Program-made: the position numbers and the translations under genes
Source of the DNA: Actinomycetota bacterium
Lineage (GTDB): Bacteria > Actinomycetota > Geothermincolia > Geothermincolales > RBG-13-55-18
DNA: 64,000 nt
Assembly: GCA_013178005.1 (NCBI GenBank)
Contig: JABLXL010000045.1
Location: 4,438-68,437, forward strand
Direction of reading: 5' to 3'
In this document: positions 49,299 through 60,667 of the stretch, piece after piece
How positions within the stretch are numbered: the stretch's first letter is position 1
Layout of the letters: the number at the start of each line of letters is the position of its first letter
The notes under the pieces: generated by a model
Told to the model about the DNA's origin: nothing
The model's database searches: none
Seen by the model: only the letters and a program-made list of their open reading frames with translations

Positions 49299-49352
49299 CC
49301 TTGACGTCCCGAGGTGTCCAGAATAATTTATACTAAATAGATAGATTTAATA
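49299..49352 (+). promoter_or_regulatory. AT-rich promoter/operator region upstream of cysK (possible Rrf2 site)
   Basis: TTGACG followed by an AT-rich block containing CTA-N6-TAG (49333-49344). Confidence 0.35.
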
Positions 49353-49442
49353 TGGAAAATTACTCCCGCGGGGATTTCAGGAGGCTAGGCGCCCGCGATC
49401 CATGTATATCCTGGTTGCGGAACCGGAGAGGAGGATAGGTCG

Positions 49443-50396
49443 TTGAAGTTGTTCATGGACATAACCAGGGCGGTGGGGAACACGCCTCTCGTGAGGCTTA
49501 ACCGGGTAACCGACGGGTGCGTGGCGGGAGTCTACGCGAAGCTCGAGTTCTTCAACCCCCTTTCGAGCGTGAAAGACCGTATAGGCGTGAGCATGATCGA
49601 GGACGCGGAAAGGAAGGGGCTTATCGGGGAAGGCAGCGTGATCATCGAGCCCACCAGCGGGAACACCGGCATAGCCCTGGCCTTCGTGTGCGCGGCCAAG
49701 GGTTACCGCCTCGTTCTCACCATGCCCGACACCATGAGCGTGGAGCGCAGGAAGCTTCTAACGGTGCTCGGCGCGGAGCTGGTGCTCACCCCGGGCGCCG
49801 AGGGGATGAAGGGCGCCATCGCCCGGGCCGAGGACATACTCGAGCGCACCCCCGGCGGATATATGCCCCAGCAGTTCCGGAACCCCGCGAACCCCGCCGT
49901 GCACCGGGAGACCACGGCGCGGGAGATCTGGGAGGACACCGGGGGACGGGTGGACATCCTGGTGGCCGGAGTGGGAACCGGCGGCACCATCACCGGGGTG
50001 GCGGAGGTTATCAAGGACAGGAAGCCCTCCTTTCGCGCGGTGGCGGTGGAGCCCGCCGCTTCCCCTGTCCTCTCCGGGGGCAAGCCTGGCCCCCATCGCA
50101 TACAGGGCATCGGGGCGGGGTTCGTCCCCGAGGTGCTGCGCGTGGACCTGATCGACGAGGTGATAACGGTCACGGAGGAGGACGCCGGGGAGATGGCCCG
50201 GCGGCTGGCGAGGGAGGAGGGCATCCTTGCGGGCATCTCCTCGGGGGCGGCCACCTGGGCGGCCATTCGGGTGGCCTCGCGGGAGGAGAACGAGGGCAAG
50301 CTCGTCGTCGTGGTTATCCCTTCGTGCGGCGAGCGCTACCTCTCCACCTGGCTTTTCGATTCGTTGTTGAGAGAGGCAGCGGGCGAGGGAGAGTGA
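49443..50396 (+). CDS. cysK: Cysteine synthase A
   Basis: [59 protein letters not shown]. Confidence 0.96.
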   Translation: MKLFMDITRAVGNTPLVRLNRVTDGCVAGVYAKLEFFNPLSSVKDRIGVSMIEDAERKGLIGEGSVIIEPTSGNTGIALAFVCAAKGYRLVLTMPDTMSVERRKLLTVLGAELVLTPGAEGMKGAIARAEDILERTPGGYMPQQFRNPANPAVHRETTAREIWEDTGGRVDILVAGVGTGGTITGVAEVIKDRKPSFRAVAVEPAASPVLSGGKPGPHRIQGIGAGFVPEVLRVDLIDEVITVTEEDAGEMARRLAREEGILAGISSGAATWAAIRVASREENEGKLVVVVIPSCGERYLSTWLFDSLLREAAGEGE

Positions 50397-50462
50397 GGGT
50401 TGGCCGCCTCGTGTTGAAGGGTTATGCGGAATATCGAAGCGGAGTGGTAACGGGAGGGCGGC

Positions 50463-50945
50463 ATGAGGATTCCGACCAAGGCCAGATACGGGATGCGCGC
50501 CATGCTGGATCTGGCCCTGAACGGCGGGGAGAAAGAGCCGGTGCTGATGCGGGACATAGCGGCCAGGCAATCCCTGCCGGAGAAGTACCTGGAGCAGGTG
50601 CTCATTCCCCTGCGCAACGCGGGCCTGGTGCGGGGCGTGCGCGGGGCGCGGGGCGGATACCGGCTGGCGCGGAGCCCGAGGGAGATAAGCCTGCTGGAGA
50701 TACTGGAGGCGTGCATGGGGGACTTGGCCATGGTCGACTGCACGGAGGACCCCGGCTACTGTCTGCGAGCTGACGCGTGCGCCACGCAGGTGGTCTGGAG
50801 GGAATTGACGGAAATGATAAGGGATACCCTGCGGAAAAAGACCCTGGCGGATTTGATGGAAGATGATATCAGGCTCAGGCGCAAGCGGGCTCGCGCCGGT
50901 GGCGCCAAGGACGAAAAGCGAAGCCGGGCGGCGGGAGGCACATAG
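50463..50945 (+). CDS. Rrf2-family transcriptional regulator with Cys triad
   Basis: KARYGMRAM, YLEQVL, RGARGGYRLA, C-X6-C-X5-C. Confidence 0.92.
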   Translation: MRIPTKARYGMRAMLDLALNGGEKEPVLMRDIAARQSLPEKYLEQVLIPLRNAGLVRGVRGARGGYRLARSPREISLLEILEACMGDLAMVDCTEDPGYCLRADACATQVVWRELTEMIRDTLRKKTLADLMEDDIRLRRKRARAGGAKDEKRSRAAGGT

Positions 50946-50997
50946 CGTGGCTGGCAAACACTGGGAACCAGAGGGGACAGCAACGGAAACGCAATAG

Positions 50998-51984
50998 ATG
51001 AAACCCTGGAGGCATGAGGTGGAGAAACTGGGACGGCGGCTTTATGCGGAAAGCCGCGAGGAGATACTCGCCGACGAGCGCGAGATCGTGGAGCGCATCC
51101 TGGAGCTGAAACACGAGCGCAACGCGATCATCCTGGCCCACAATTACCAGCGGCCGGAGGTGCAGGACATAGGCGATTTCGTGGGCGACTCGCTGGGGCT
51201 GGCGCGGAAGGCGGCGGAAACGGACGCGGAGGTGATAGTGTTTTGTGGCGTGCACTTCATGGCCGAGACCGCCTCCATCCTCTGCCCGAGCAAGACGGTG
51301 CTCCTGCCGGATCCGCATGCCGGGTGCCCCATGGCGGACATGGCCACCGCCAGGGAGGTCAAGCGCATGAGGGAAGCGCATCCGCGCGCGGCCGTGGTGT
51401 CCTACGTCAACACCACGGCCATGGTGAAGGCGGTCAGCGACTATTGTTGCACCTCTTCCAATGCCGTCGAGGTGGTGCGGAACGTCGACGCCGATGAGGT
51501 AATCTTCGTGCCCGACCGCAATCTCGCCGCGTACGTGGCGGAGCGGGTGGAGGGCAAGAGAATCATCCCCTGGAACGGGTACTGCCACGTCCACCAGGGG
51601 ATCACAGCGGAGGACGTGCTCGCGGCCATGCGGGAGCACCCGGGAGCGGAGGTCATCGCCCATCCCGAGTGCACGCGGGAGGTGTTGGAGCTGGCCCATC
51701 ACATCAGGAGCACCTCGGGCATGCTCCAGGCCGCCGCGGCCTCCCCGTCGGAGGAATTCATCCTCGCCACCGAGGCGGGCATGATCCATCCCCTGTCCAA
51801 GGCGGCTCCGGGAAAACGTTTCCATCCGCCCGCGCGGGAACCGCTCTGCCCCAACATGAAACTGACCACGCTCTCCAAGGTCCTGCGCTCCCTAGAGACC
51901 CTCTCGCCTCGGGTTACGGTTCCCGAAGGCATTCGGACCCGGGCATTGCTCGCGGTGGAGAGGATGCTCGCGGTGGCGGTATAG
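50998..51984 (+). CDS. nadA: Quinolinate synthase
   Basis: ILAHNYQRPEVQD, FCGVHFMAE, AGCPMAD, YVNT, CCTSSNA, CHVH, AHPEC, CPNMKL. Confidence 0.96.
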   Translation: MKPWRHEVEKLGRRLYAESREEILADEREIVERILELKHERNAIILAHNYQRPEVQDIGDFVGDSLGLARKAAETDAEVIVFCGVHFMAETASILCPSKTVLLPDPHAGCPMADMATAREVKRMREAHPRAAVVSYVNTTAMVKAVSDYCCTSSNAVEVVRNVDADEVIFVPDRNLAAYVAERVEGKRIIPWNGYCHVHQGITAEDVLAAMREHPGAEVIAHPECTREVLELAHHIRSTSGMLQAAAASPSEEFILATEAGMIHPLSKAAPGKRFHPPAREPLCPNMKLTTLSKVLRSLETLSPRVTVPEGIRTRALLAVERMLAVAV

Positions 51985-51989
51985 GCCGT

Positions 51990-52345
51990 CCGGCACGTCC
52001 TTTGCACAAAGCGCACCCAGGGGATGGGGCGCGGAGTTGTTGAAGCACTTCGATTCCTCCACGAAGAAGGAGCTCACCACCCATTACTTCAGCCACCCCC
52101 ACTGCCCCAAGGAAAACGCCTTCGTGGAAAGGAAGATCCAGAACGACAAGTACGAGCTGTGGGCCTTCGAGGAGGGATATGCGGTGGGGGAGCTCAATCT
52201 TTTCCTTAAAGAGTGGAGTTGCGCCTACAATTACCTGATGCCCCACTAGGGCATGTGGTGCCTTGCCTCCATGGAGTTCTTGAGCCAGTGGATGGAGGAG
52301 GGCGATATTTTGGGGTTTGTGTCCACCATGTAGTGAACCAGCACA
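51990..52345 (+). pseudogene. IS481-like transposase C-terminal remnant with putative right end
   Basis: Degraded (D)NGSEF-like GWGAELLKHF, PHCPKENAFVERK, YNYLMPH then premature TAG; ends GTCCACCATGTAGTGAACCAGCACA. The 5' boundary is approximate. Confidence 0.6.
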
Positions 52346-52623
52346 ACAGCTTGACAAGCGGGAGGCGGGAAAAGGATAATTTACTGGCGCCGCCTCGCTT
52401 GGGCGCTGTGATCACGAGAGGGAATGTGTGATGGAGAGAATCGCTGGACGAGGAATGGGAGGTTTTCCCTGGTGGTGGCGGACCCGCCGTGGCGGTGTTT
52501 GCCCACCCCGCGTCTGGTAAACAAGGGCAGGCATCAAGAGGCCACGGAGAAGCGGGCTCCGTGGCCGATTTTCTTTCAGGAAAAGGCATGTGGACGCAGG
52601 CCAGTGAACCAGGAGGAGAGGAA

Positions 52624-53931
52624 ATGAGCGAGAAACCGAAGGTGGTAAAGCTTTCCGAAGAGCATATCCCGGAGGCGTGGTACAACGTACTGCCGGATCT
52701 CCCAAAGCCCCTTGAGCCGCCCCTTCACCCGGCGACCAGGCAGCCAGTGGGGCCGGACGACCTGGCTCCCCTCTTCCCCATGGGCCTCATCGAGCAGGAG
52801 GTGAGCGGGGAACGATACATCGAGATACCGGCGGAGGTGCGGGAGATTTACAAGATCTGGAGGCCGACCTCCCTGGTGAGGGCGACGAGGCTGGAGGAGT
52901 ACCTCCAGACCCCCGCGCGCATCTATTTCAAGAACGAGGGGGAGAGCCCGGCGGGAAGCCACAAGCCCAACACCGCCGTGGCACAGGCCTACTACAACAA
53001 GAAGGAGGGCGTGCGCAAGCTCACCACGGAAACGGGAGCGGGCCAGTGGGGGAGCGCCCTTTCCATGGGATGCAATTTCTTCGGGTTGGAGCTCCAGGTG
53101 TTCATGGTGCGCTCCAGCTTCCAGCAGAAGCCGTACCGGCGCGTGCTCATGGAGACCTGGGGAGCGAAGGTGCAGCCCAGCCCCAGCGAGATGACCGAAA
53201 CCGGAAGGAAGATACTGGAAAAATATCCCGACACCCCTGGCAGTCTCGGCATCGCCATCTCCGAGGCCATAGAGCTGGCGGTGCAGGGAGACGACGTTAA
53301 GTACAGCCTGGGGAGCGTGCTAAACCACGTGCTGCTGCACCAGACGGTGATCGGCCTGGAGGCGAAGAAAGCCTTCGAGGTCATCGACGACTACCCGGAC
53401 ATGGTCATAGGGTGCGTGGGAGGAGGCTCCAATTTCGGCGGCACCGCCCTGCCTTTCGTCAAGGAGAAGGTGGACGGCAGCGACATCCGGATCATCGCCG
53501 TCGAGCCCACCTCCTGTCCCACCCTGACCGGCGGGCGCTTCGAGTACGATTTCGGCGACATAGCGGAGATGACGCCGCTGCTCCTCATGTACACCCTGGG
53601 CCACGATTTCGTGCCGCCCGCGTCCCATGCCGGAGGGCTCAGGTACCACGGCGACTCTCCCATCGTGAGCCTGCTGGTGAAGGAGGGCATCATAGAGGCG
53701 AGGGCTTACCACCAGGTGGAGGTGTTCGAGGCTGCGGTGACCTTCGCGCGCACCGAGGGCTTTATCCCCGCTCCCGAGACCTCCCATGCCGTGAAGGCGG
53801 CCATCGACGAGGCGGTCAAGTGCAGGGAAAGTGGGGAGTCCAAGTGCATCTTCTTCAACTTCTCCGGCCACGGCTACCTCGACCTCTCAGCCTACGACGA
53901 CTACCTCGCGGGCAAGCTCAACGACGTGTAG
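52624..53931 (+). CDS. trpB2: TrpB2 (tryptophan synthase beta-like PLP enzyme)
   Basis: [64 protein letters not shown]. Confidence 0.93.
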   Translation: MSEKPKVVKLSEEHIPEAWYNVLPDLPKPLEPPLHPATRQPVGPDDLAPLFPMGLIEQEVSGERYIEIPAEVREIYKIWRPTSLVRATRLEEYLQTPARIYFKNEGESPAGSHKPNTAVAQAYYNKKEGVRKLTTETGAGQWGSALSMGCNFFGLELQVFMVRSSFQQKPYRRVLMETWGAKVQPSPSEMTETGRKILEKYPDTPGSLGIAISEAIELAVQGDDVKYSLGSVLNHVLLHQTVIGLEAKKAFEVIDDYPDMVIGCVGGGSNFGGTALPFVKEKVDGSDIRIIAVEPTSCPTLTGGRFEYDFGDIAEMTPLLLMYTLGHDFVPPASHAGGLRYHGDSPIVSLLVKEGIIEARAYHQVEVFEAAVTFARTEGFIPAPETSHAVKAAIDEAVKCRESGESKCIFFNFSGHGYLDLSAYDDYLAGKLNDV

Positions 53932-53966
53932 TGAAACGCCCGCAGTGGCGGGCGCAAGCGCGAGGA

Positions 53967-53993
53967 AACGGGGGCGGCACCGCCGCCCCCGTT
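53967..53993. terminator. Perfect 12-bp hairpin between convergent trpB2 and the regulator
   Basis: AACGGGGGCGGC-ACC-GCCGCCCCCGTT. Confidence 0.65.
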
Positions 53994-54315
53994 GCGTCTT
54001 TCCGCATGCCCCGAGATCGCGTCCGGGACCGAGGGATTGCGGTTGCCTGACCTTGAGCGCAGCGGGAATGGCCGGGCATCTTACGGACAAGCTCGCCGGC
54101 ATGGGCACCCCGGCGATTCCCCCCGGATGCGTGATGAAATATCACATGGTGCTGGGATGGAGTTGAGGCGCGGAGAAAAAAAGCCAAGGCGATGCGCTCA
54201 GGGAATGCACCTTCCCGGGCTGGCATTAAACGCTAGCGAAGTGCCCGAGGCCTCCGGGATGGATGCCCGTCGACGGAGCCTTTGAGGCGCCCGAACGGCA
54301 AGAACCGCTACGTCC

Positions 54316-55140
54316 TCAATGGACCCTGGAGAAGATATCGTCCAAGGTATCCAGCAGGTCGTCTATGGAATAACCCTTGTCAAGCAGCAGCGGCGCGGTC
54401 TCCAGCCAGCCCACCAGCATGTAGCTGGCGACCTCCGAGTTGATGGGGGGGATGAGCCCCTCCTTCACCGCCTTGTTGATGTCCCGTTGCACCGTCTTGG
54501 CCACGGAGGCATATATCTCCCGCCGCTTGGCCTCGAGGCGGGGATCGTCCTCCATGCTCCCATGCAGCACGTGCAGTATGTCCAGGAACTCGGGATGGTA
54601 TCTCAGCACCGCCTCGCCCCTCATCCTCAACCGCTTGAGGGGGTTCTGTTCGTGCTTTATTTCCTCCCATACCCCGCTGAACATGGCCTGGAAGACTTGG
54701 TCCACGCATTCGAGGAACATGGCTTTCTTGGATGGGAAATAAAGGTAGAAAGTGCTGTGGCCCAGGCCGACCGCCCTGGTGATGTCGCTGATGCGCGTCC
54801 TGTGGTACCCCTTGCGGGCGAACACCTCCACCGCCTTCTCCATGATATGGGCTTTCTTGTCGGCGGAAGGGGAGGCCTCTTCCGCTCCGGCTTTTTCCCA
54901 TCCCCTCGGGTTCTCCTTCATCTCCCTGATCAGGGCAAGGGGATAACCTTCCTCCTGCAGCACGCGTATGCGCCTCAACTCCTCGATGTGCTCCACATCG
55001 TAATATGCCATGGTTTTTCCGGTGCGGCGGGGAGGGGAGAGCAGCCCCTCTCGCAGGTAGTAATGGATGGTGCTGCGGCCGATGCCGGAGATCTTTTCAA
55101 GATCGGATATCCTGAGCGGACGGCCCTCTTCTCGATCCAT
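54316..55140 (-). CDS. MerR-HTH / TetR fusion transcriptional regulator
   Basis: LRISDLEKISGIGRSTIHYYLREGLL (MerR HTH) followed by KAVEVFARKGYHRTRISDITRAVGLGHSTFYLYF (TetR HTH). Confidence 0.9.
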   Translation of the reverse strand: MDREEGRPLRISDLEKISGIGRSTIHYYLREGLLSPPRRTGKTMAYYDVEHIEELRRIRVLQEEGYPLALIREMKENPRGWEKAGAEEASPSADKKAHIMEKAVEVFARKGYHRTRISDITRAVGLGHSTFYLYFPSKKAMFLECVDQVFQAMFSGVWEEIKHEQNPLKRLRMRGEAVLRYHPEFLDILHVLHGSMEDDPRLEAKRREIYASVAKTVQRDINKAVKEGLIPPINSEVASYMLVGWLETAPLLLDKGYSIDDLLDTLDDIFSRVH

Positions 55141-55176
55141 GACGAACCTCCCTAACTATTGAGTAATTATGTAGTT

Positions 55177-55205
55177 ATATTAAAGGAAGCTCTGCAAATT
55201 GTCAA
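55177..55205 (-). promoter_or_regulatory. Sigma70-type promoter for the MerR-TetR gene
   Basis: TTGACA-N17-TAATAT on the minus strand. Confidence 0.55.
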
Positions 55206-55226
55206 TAGAAAAATAACAGATCGCAC

Positions 55227-55256
55227 TTGCATTTACCCCGTTCGTATGGCTATAAT
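55227..55256 (+). promoter_or_regulatory. Sigma70-type promoter for the thiolase operon
   Basis: TTGCAT-N18-TATAAT. Confidence 0.55.
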
Positions 55257-55403
55257 TGCGGCATCGCGGCTGTAAATCATGGACTTGGCATAGCGGCAGG
55301 TTGTCAATATAAGACTGACTCGTCATTCCCGAAAGGGCGAAAGAGCAGCAGAAAACGGAGGTTTTTCCGTCGGGAAAGACACCCAGCGAGAAAGGAGTCG
55401 GCT

Positions 55404-56606
55404 ATGACCAGCGGCGAGTTCGCCATCATCGGCACCGGCGAGGTGCCCTGCGGCAACTACCCCGAGCGCTCGGAGTTCGAGATCGCCTACACCGTGGCAC
55501 GGGAGGCCATCCGCGACGCGGGCATCGACGTCAAGGAGGTCGGGGCGGTGCTCTGCGCCCAGCACATCATGTCCAACCCGGAAAACGACTACAACACGGA
55601 GATGGTCTTCGGGAGGCTGCCCGAGGCCATCGGGGCCCGGGGGTGCAAGATCACCTGCATGACCTCCTCGGGAGGGGCCTCGAGCTTTTCCCTGCGCAAG
55701 ACCGCGGAGGGCATCCTGCATTCGGGAGAGACGGACACCGTGCTGGTGGTGCACGCCCAGCGCTTCTCCACCTTCACCCCCAACCAGCAGGCGAAGTATT
55801 TCTCCATCGCCGGCTCGGACGTGGAGTGGGAAGTCCCCTACGGCATGACCTACAACGCCCTGGCGGCCATGGTCACCCAGGCCTACATGGCCTACACCGG
55901 CACCACCATCGAGCAGGTGGCCTCGGTGTGCGTGGCCAACCGCCGCTGGGCCATGCTGCAGCCCAACGCCATGTTCAACCAGAAGGAGATCACGGTGGAG
56001 AAGGTGGTCAACGCGCGCATGGTCTCCTACCCCCTCACCACCCTCATGTGCAACGTGCTCGCCGACGGGGGCAGCGCCTTCGTCATGACCACGGCGGAGA
56101 AGGCGAAAAAGGTCACAGGCAAGCCCGTCTACATCCTGGGCGAGGCCTCCGACTACTCCCACCGCACCATCACCCGGGCCGGGATGCGGGATTTCGCCAC
56201 CATGGCCGAGTACCTCTCCCCCATCGCCAGGCTGGCCTTCGAGCGCGCCGGCCTGGGGCCGGAGGACATGGACATCTACCAGATCTACGGCTCCTATCCC
56301 TGCATCCAGCTCATCGTCATGGACGCCCTGGGCATGTGGGAGCCGGGCACCACGGGCGCCCTGGTGGAATCCGGGGAGACCAGCCCCGGGGGCAAGTACC
56401 CGGTGACCACCAACGGGGAGGCCCTCTCCTTCGGGCACACCGGCACCGGGGTGGGCATCGCCCTGCTGGTGGAATCGGTGCGCCAGCTGCAGGGCAAGGC
56501 GGGAAAGGCCCAGGTGGAAGGGGCGCGCTTCCTCATCGAGAACACCGGCGGAGGCGCCTTCATGGACTGCCATTTCACCGTCATGGGCAACGAGATACCG
56601 GGCTAG
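55404..56606 (+). CDS. Thiolase-superfamily protein (SCP-x/Ltp2-like)
   Basis: AIIGTGE, ADGGSAFV, PVYILG, AGLGPEDMD, PVTTNGEALSFGH, VRQLQG..G..QV; followed by DUF35. Confidence 0.85.
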   Translation: MTSGEFAIIGTGEVPCGNYPERSEFEIAYTVAREAIRDAGIDVKEVGAVLCAQHIMSNPENDYNTEMVFGRLPEAIGARGCKITCMTSSGGASSFSLRKTAEGILHSGETDTVLVVHAQRFSTFTPNQQAKYFSIAGSDVEWEVPYGMTYNALAAMVTQAYMAYTGTTIEQVASVCVANRRWAMLQPNAMFNQKEITVEKVVNARMVSYPLTTLMCNVLADGGSAFVMTTAEKAKKVTGKPVYILGEASDYSHRTITRAGMRDFATMAEYLSPIARLAFERAGLGPEDMDIYQIYGSYPCIQLIVMDALGMWEPGTTGALVESGETSPGGKYPVTTNGEALSFGHTGTGVGIALLVESVRQLQGKAGKAQVEGARFLIENTGGGAFMDCHFTVMGNEIPG

Positions 56607-56625
56607 GGGAGAGAGGAGGTCGAGC

Positions 56626-57095
56626 ATGAGCAAGCACGAGCCCATCAGCATAGAGGCCATCAAGGCGATGATGAACCTCACCGACGAGGACCTGAAGAAG
56701 CCGCTGCCCGTACCGACGAAATGGTCCCGCCCCTTCTGGGAGGCGGCGAAAGAGCACCGCCTGGTGCTCAGGAAGTGCTCCAGGTGCGGCAACATCGACC
56801 ACCCTCCCTACCTCTACTGCACCGCCTGCCAGGCCGACGAGCACGAGTGGATCGAGGCCTCCGGCAAGGGGACCCTCTTCGCCTACGCCGTCAACCACTT
56901 CGGCGTGCCCTTCCCCTTCTGGGCCGACCTGCCCTACGTGCGGGCATGGTCGACCTCGCCGAGGGGGTGCGCATGATCTCCAACATCGTGGAGTGCGACT
57001 TCGAGGAGCTCCGCAACGGCATGGAGCTGGAGGTGGTCTTCGATGACGTCTCCGACGAGATCACCCTTCCCAAGTGGCGCCCGGTGAAGAAGTGA
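56626..57095 (+). pseudogene. DUF35 (Zn-ribbon + OB-fold) protein split by a 1-nt frameshift near 56940 (possible sequencing error)
   Basis: Frame 1: SRPFWEAA, CSRC, YCTAC, ASGKGTL, LPYV; frame 2 continues MVDLAEGVRMISNIV...GMELEVVF...LPKWRP. Confidence 0.85.
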
Positions 57096-57114
57096 CGGCT
57101 GGAAAAGGAGGTCG

Positions 57115-58428
57115 ATGTTCATGGCGGAGAAGAAGGCGGCCGGGAAGACGGGGAAGAAAGAGGACTTCAAGCACCTGCTCTCGCCCATCGAGATCAAGGG
57201 GGTGGAGATACGCAACCGCATCGCCCTCGCCCCCATGAACACCCTCTTTTCCCTCGATAACCGCGGCTACGTCAACGAGCAGATCCTGGCCTACTACGCC
57301 GCCCGCGCCAAGGGGGGCTGCGGGCTCATCATCACCGAGTGCGTGCTGGGCACCCGCCTAGCCTCGCGTTTCCCCTACACCACCAACCTGCACTGCTTCA
57401 ACGCCTCGCACCTGCCGGGGTTGTACGAGGTGGCGGAGACGGTGCATTCCTTCGGCTCGGCGTGTTTCGTGCAGATGTCCATCGGTTTCGGCAGGCAGGG
57501 GCATTCGCACGCCGGCGAGCATCCTCCTGCCCCTTCCGTGGTGCCCATGATGATCAAGCCCGAGCTCATGCCCCGCGGCTTCGGCAAGGCCATAGAGACG
57601 CATCCCCAGATGATCGAGCGGGCCATGGGCGAGATGCCCTACGAGATGACGGTGGAGGAGATCCGGCGCGAGCAGGACGAGTTCGCCAACTCCTGCCGCT
57701 TCGCCATGGCCGCCCAGTTCGACGGCATCGAGCTGCACGCCCCCCACGGCTACCTGGAACACCAGTTCCTCTCCCCCATCTCCAACCGGCGCACCGACCT
57801 CTACGGCGGCAGCCTGGAGAACCGCATGCGCTTCATGGTGGAGGTCTACCTCAAGGTGCGGGAGTCGGTGGGGCACGACTACATCCTCGGCGTGCGCATG
57901 TCCGCCGACGAGCACCTTCCGGGCGGCATCACCCACGAGGAGGCGCTGGAGGTGGCCCGCACCCTGACCGCCCTGGGAGCGGATTACGTGCACCTCTCCG
58001 ACGGCTCCTACGAGGCCTTGAAGTACTTCTTCCCCGACGAGGACGGCGCCATGCTGGAGGAGGCGGCGAACTTCAAGCAGGCGGTGGGGGTGCCCGTGAT
58101 CTGCCCCTCCGTGCACGACCCGCACCTGGCCGAAGCGGCCATCGCCGGCGGAAAATGCGACCTCGTCTCCCTGGGGCGGCAGATGTTCACCGACCCCGAA
58201 TGGGGCAACAAGGTGGCGGAGGGGAGGGTGGACGACATCACCCGCTGCCTGCGTTGCAACGAGTGCCTGATGCGCACCGCCGCCGGGCTGCCGGTGCGCT
58301 GCGCGCGCAACCCCCACACCGGGCGGGAAAGGTACATGCCGGAGTACTGGCGCCGGCCCCAGAAACTGCCGCCGGTGACCAAGATGCGCGTGCCGCCCCG
58401 GCTCCCCGAGTTGAAAACGGATTTCTAG
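57115..58428 (+). CDS. NADH:flavin oxidoreductase (Old Yellow Enzyme family) with Fe-S motif
   Basis: IRNRIALAPM, YYAARAKGG, DGIELHAPHGYL, SNRRTDLYGGSLENRMRF, CLRCNEC. Confidence 0.92.
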   Translation: MFMAEKKAAGKTGKKEDFKHLLSPIEIKGVEIRNRIALAPMNTLFSLDNRGYVNEQILAYYAARAKGGCGLIITECVLGTRLASRFPYTTNLHCFNASHLPGLYEVAETVHSFGSACFVQMSIGFGRQGHSHAGEHPPAPSVVPMMIKPELMPRGFGKAIETHPQMIERAMGEMPYEMTVEEIRREQDEFANSCRFAMAAQFDGIELHAPHGYLEHQFLSPISNRRTDLYGGSLENRMRFMVEVYLKVRESVGHDYILGVRMSADEHLPGGITHEEALEVARTLTALGADYVHLSDGSYEALKYFFPDEDGAMLEEAANFKQAVGVPVICPSVHDPHLAEAAIAGGKCDLVSLGRQMFTDPEWGNKVAEGRVDDITRCLRCNECLMRTAAGLPVRCARNPHTGRERYMPEYWRRPQKLPPVTKMRVPPRLPELKTDF

Positions 58429-58447
58429 ATGCGTGCGACAGTATGCA

Positions 58448-58641
58448 TCGCGAAAGCGACAGCGACGCCCGCAGGGCGGCGCGACGGTGTCCAGCGCCTG
58501 GACGGAGCGCAGCGAGGTCCAGGCCTGGCACGCGTACATCCGGATACGCGTACATCCGGATACAGAATGCATGCGGCAGCATGCATAGCAGAAGCGACTG
58601 TGCCGCCTTCGGCACAGCGGTGCCAGGTTTTGACCTGGCAC
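58448..58641. repeat. Array of short inverted repeats plus a 16-bp tandem duplication
   Basis: Six perfect hairpins, and CGCGTACATCCGGATA x2 (58531-58562). Confidence 0.8.
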
Positions 58642-58673
58642 GCATACGTAGCAGGGCATAAAAGGAGGTCACT

Positions 58674-59483
58674 ATGCCTAACTACAACTCCATCCTCTAC
58701 GAGATAGGCGGCCCGGACGGCACCGTGTGCACCATCTCCATGAACCGCCCCGAGCAGCGTAACGCCATCAACGTGGAGATGGCGGAAGAGCTGCTGGACG
58801 CCTTCACCCGCGTGCGCGACGAGAAGGCGGTGAAGGTGGTGGTGCTCACCGGGGCCGGGAAGTCGTTCTGCGCCGGGGGCGACCTCTCCGTCCTTCCCAC
58901 CTTCGACCACTACACGGTGGTGGACTGGATGGGCCGCACCGGCCAGGGCATCGTGCGGGCCATCGCCGAGAACGAGAAGGTGGTGGTGGCCAAGGTCAAG
59001 GGGCATTGCATCGCCGGGGGCCTGGAGCTTGCCCTGGCCTGCGACCTCATCTACGCCAGCGAGAAGACGAAGTTCGGGGTGACCGAGATCACCATGGGCA
59101 TCCTCCCCGGCTGGGGAGGGACGGTGCGACTGGCGCGGAGCCTTCCCATCTTCCGCGGGCGGGAGATACTGCTCTCCGGGCGCAAAGACTACACGGCGCG
59201 CGAGTTCTACGACATGGGGTTGCTCACGCGCGTGTACCCCGAGGACGAGTTCGACGCCAAGGTGGACGAGATGGTGGCGACGCTCTGCGCCAACCCCGCC
59301 GATTCCCTGCGCATGGGCAAGGCGGTGATGAACTACTCCTTCCAGGGCCTGCCCTGGGACGCGGCCATGGCCATCGAGCGCCAGGCCGTCGCCTGGCTCT
59401 TCCACTCGGAGTTCACCGCCAACATGCGCGCCATCGCCCTGCAGGCCCTGGAGGCGATGCAGAAGAAAGGAGACGAGGCTTAG
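58674..59483 (+). CDS. Enoyl-CoA hydratase/isomerase
   Basis: MNRPEQRNA, SFCAGGDL, GHCIAGGLELALACD, FGVTEITMGILPGWGG. Confidence 0.93.
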   Translation: MPNYNSILYEIGGPDGTVCTISMNRPEQRNAINVEMAEELLDAFTRVRDEKAVKVVVLTGAGKSFCAGGDLSVLPTFDHYTVVDWMGRTGQGIVRAIAENEKVVVAKVKGHCIAGGLELALACDLIYASEKTKFGVTEITMGILPGWGGTVRLARSLPIFRGREILLSGRKDYTAREFYDMGLLTRVYPEDEFDAKVDEMVATLCANPADSLRMGKAVMNYSFQGLPWDAAMAIERQAVAWLFHSEFTANMRAIALQALEAMQKKGDEA

Positions 59484-60647
<1,164 letters not shown>

Positions 60648-60667
60648 AGGGAAGGAGGAGGAAAGCC

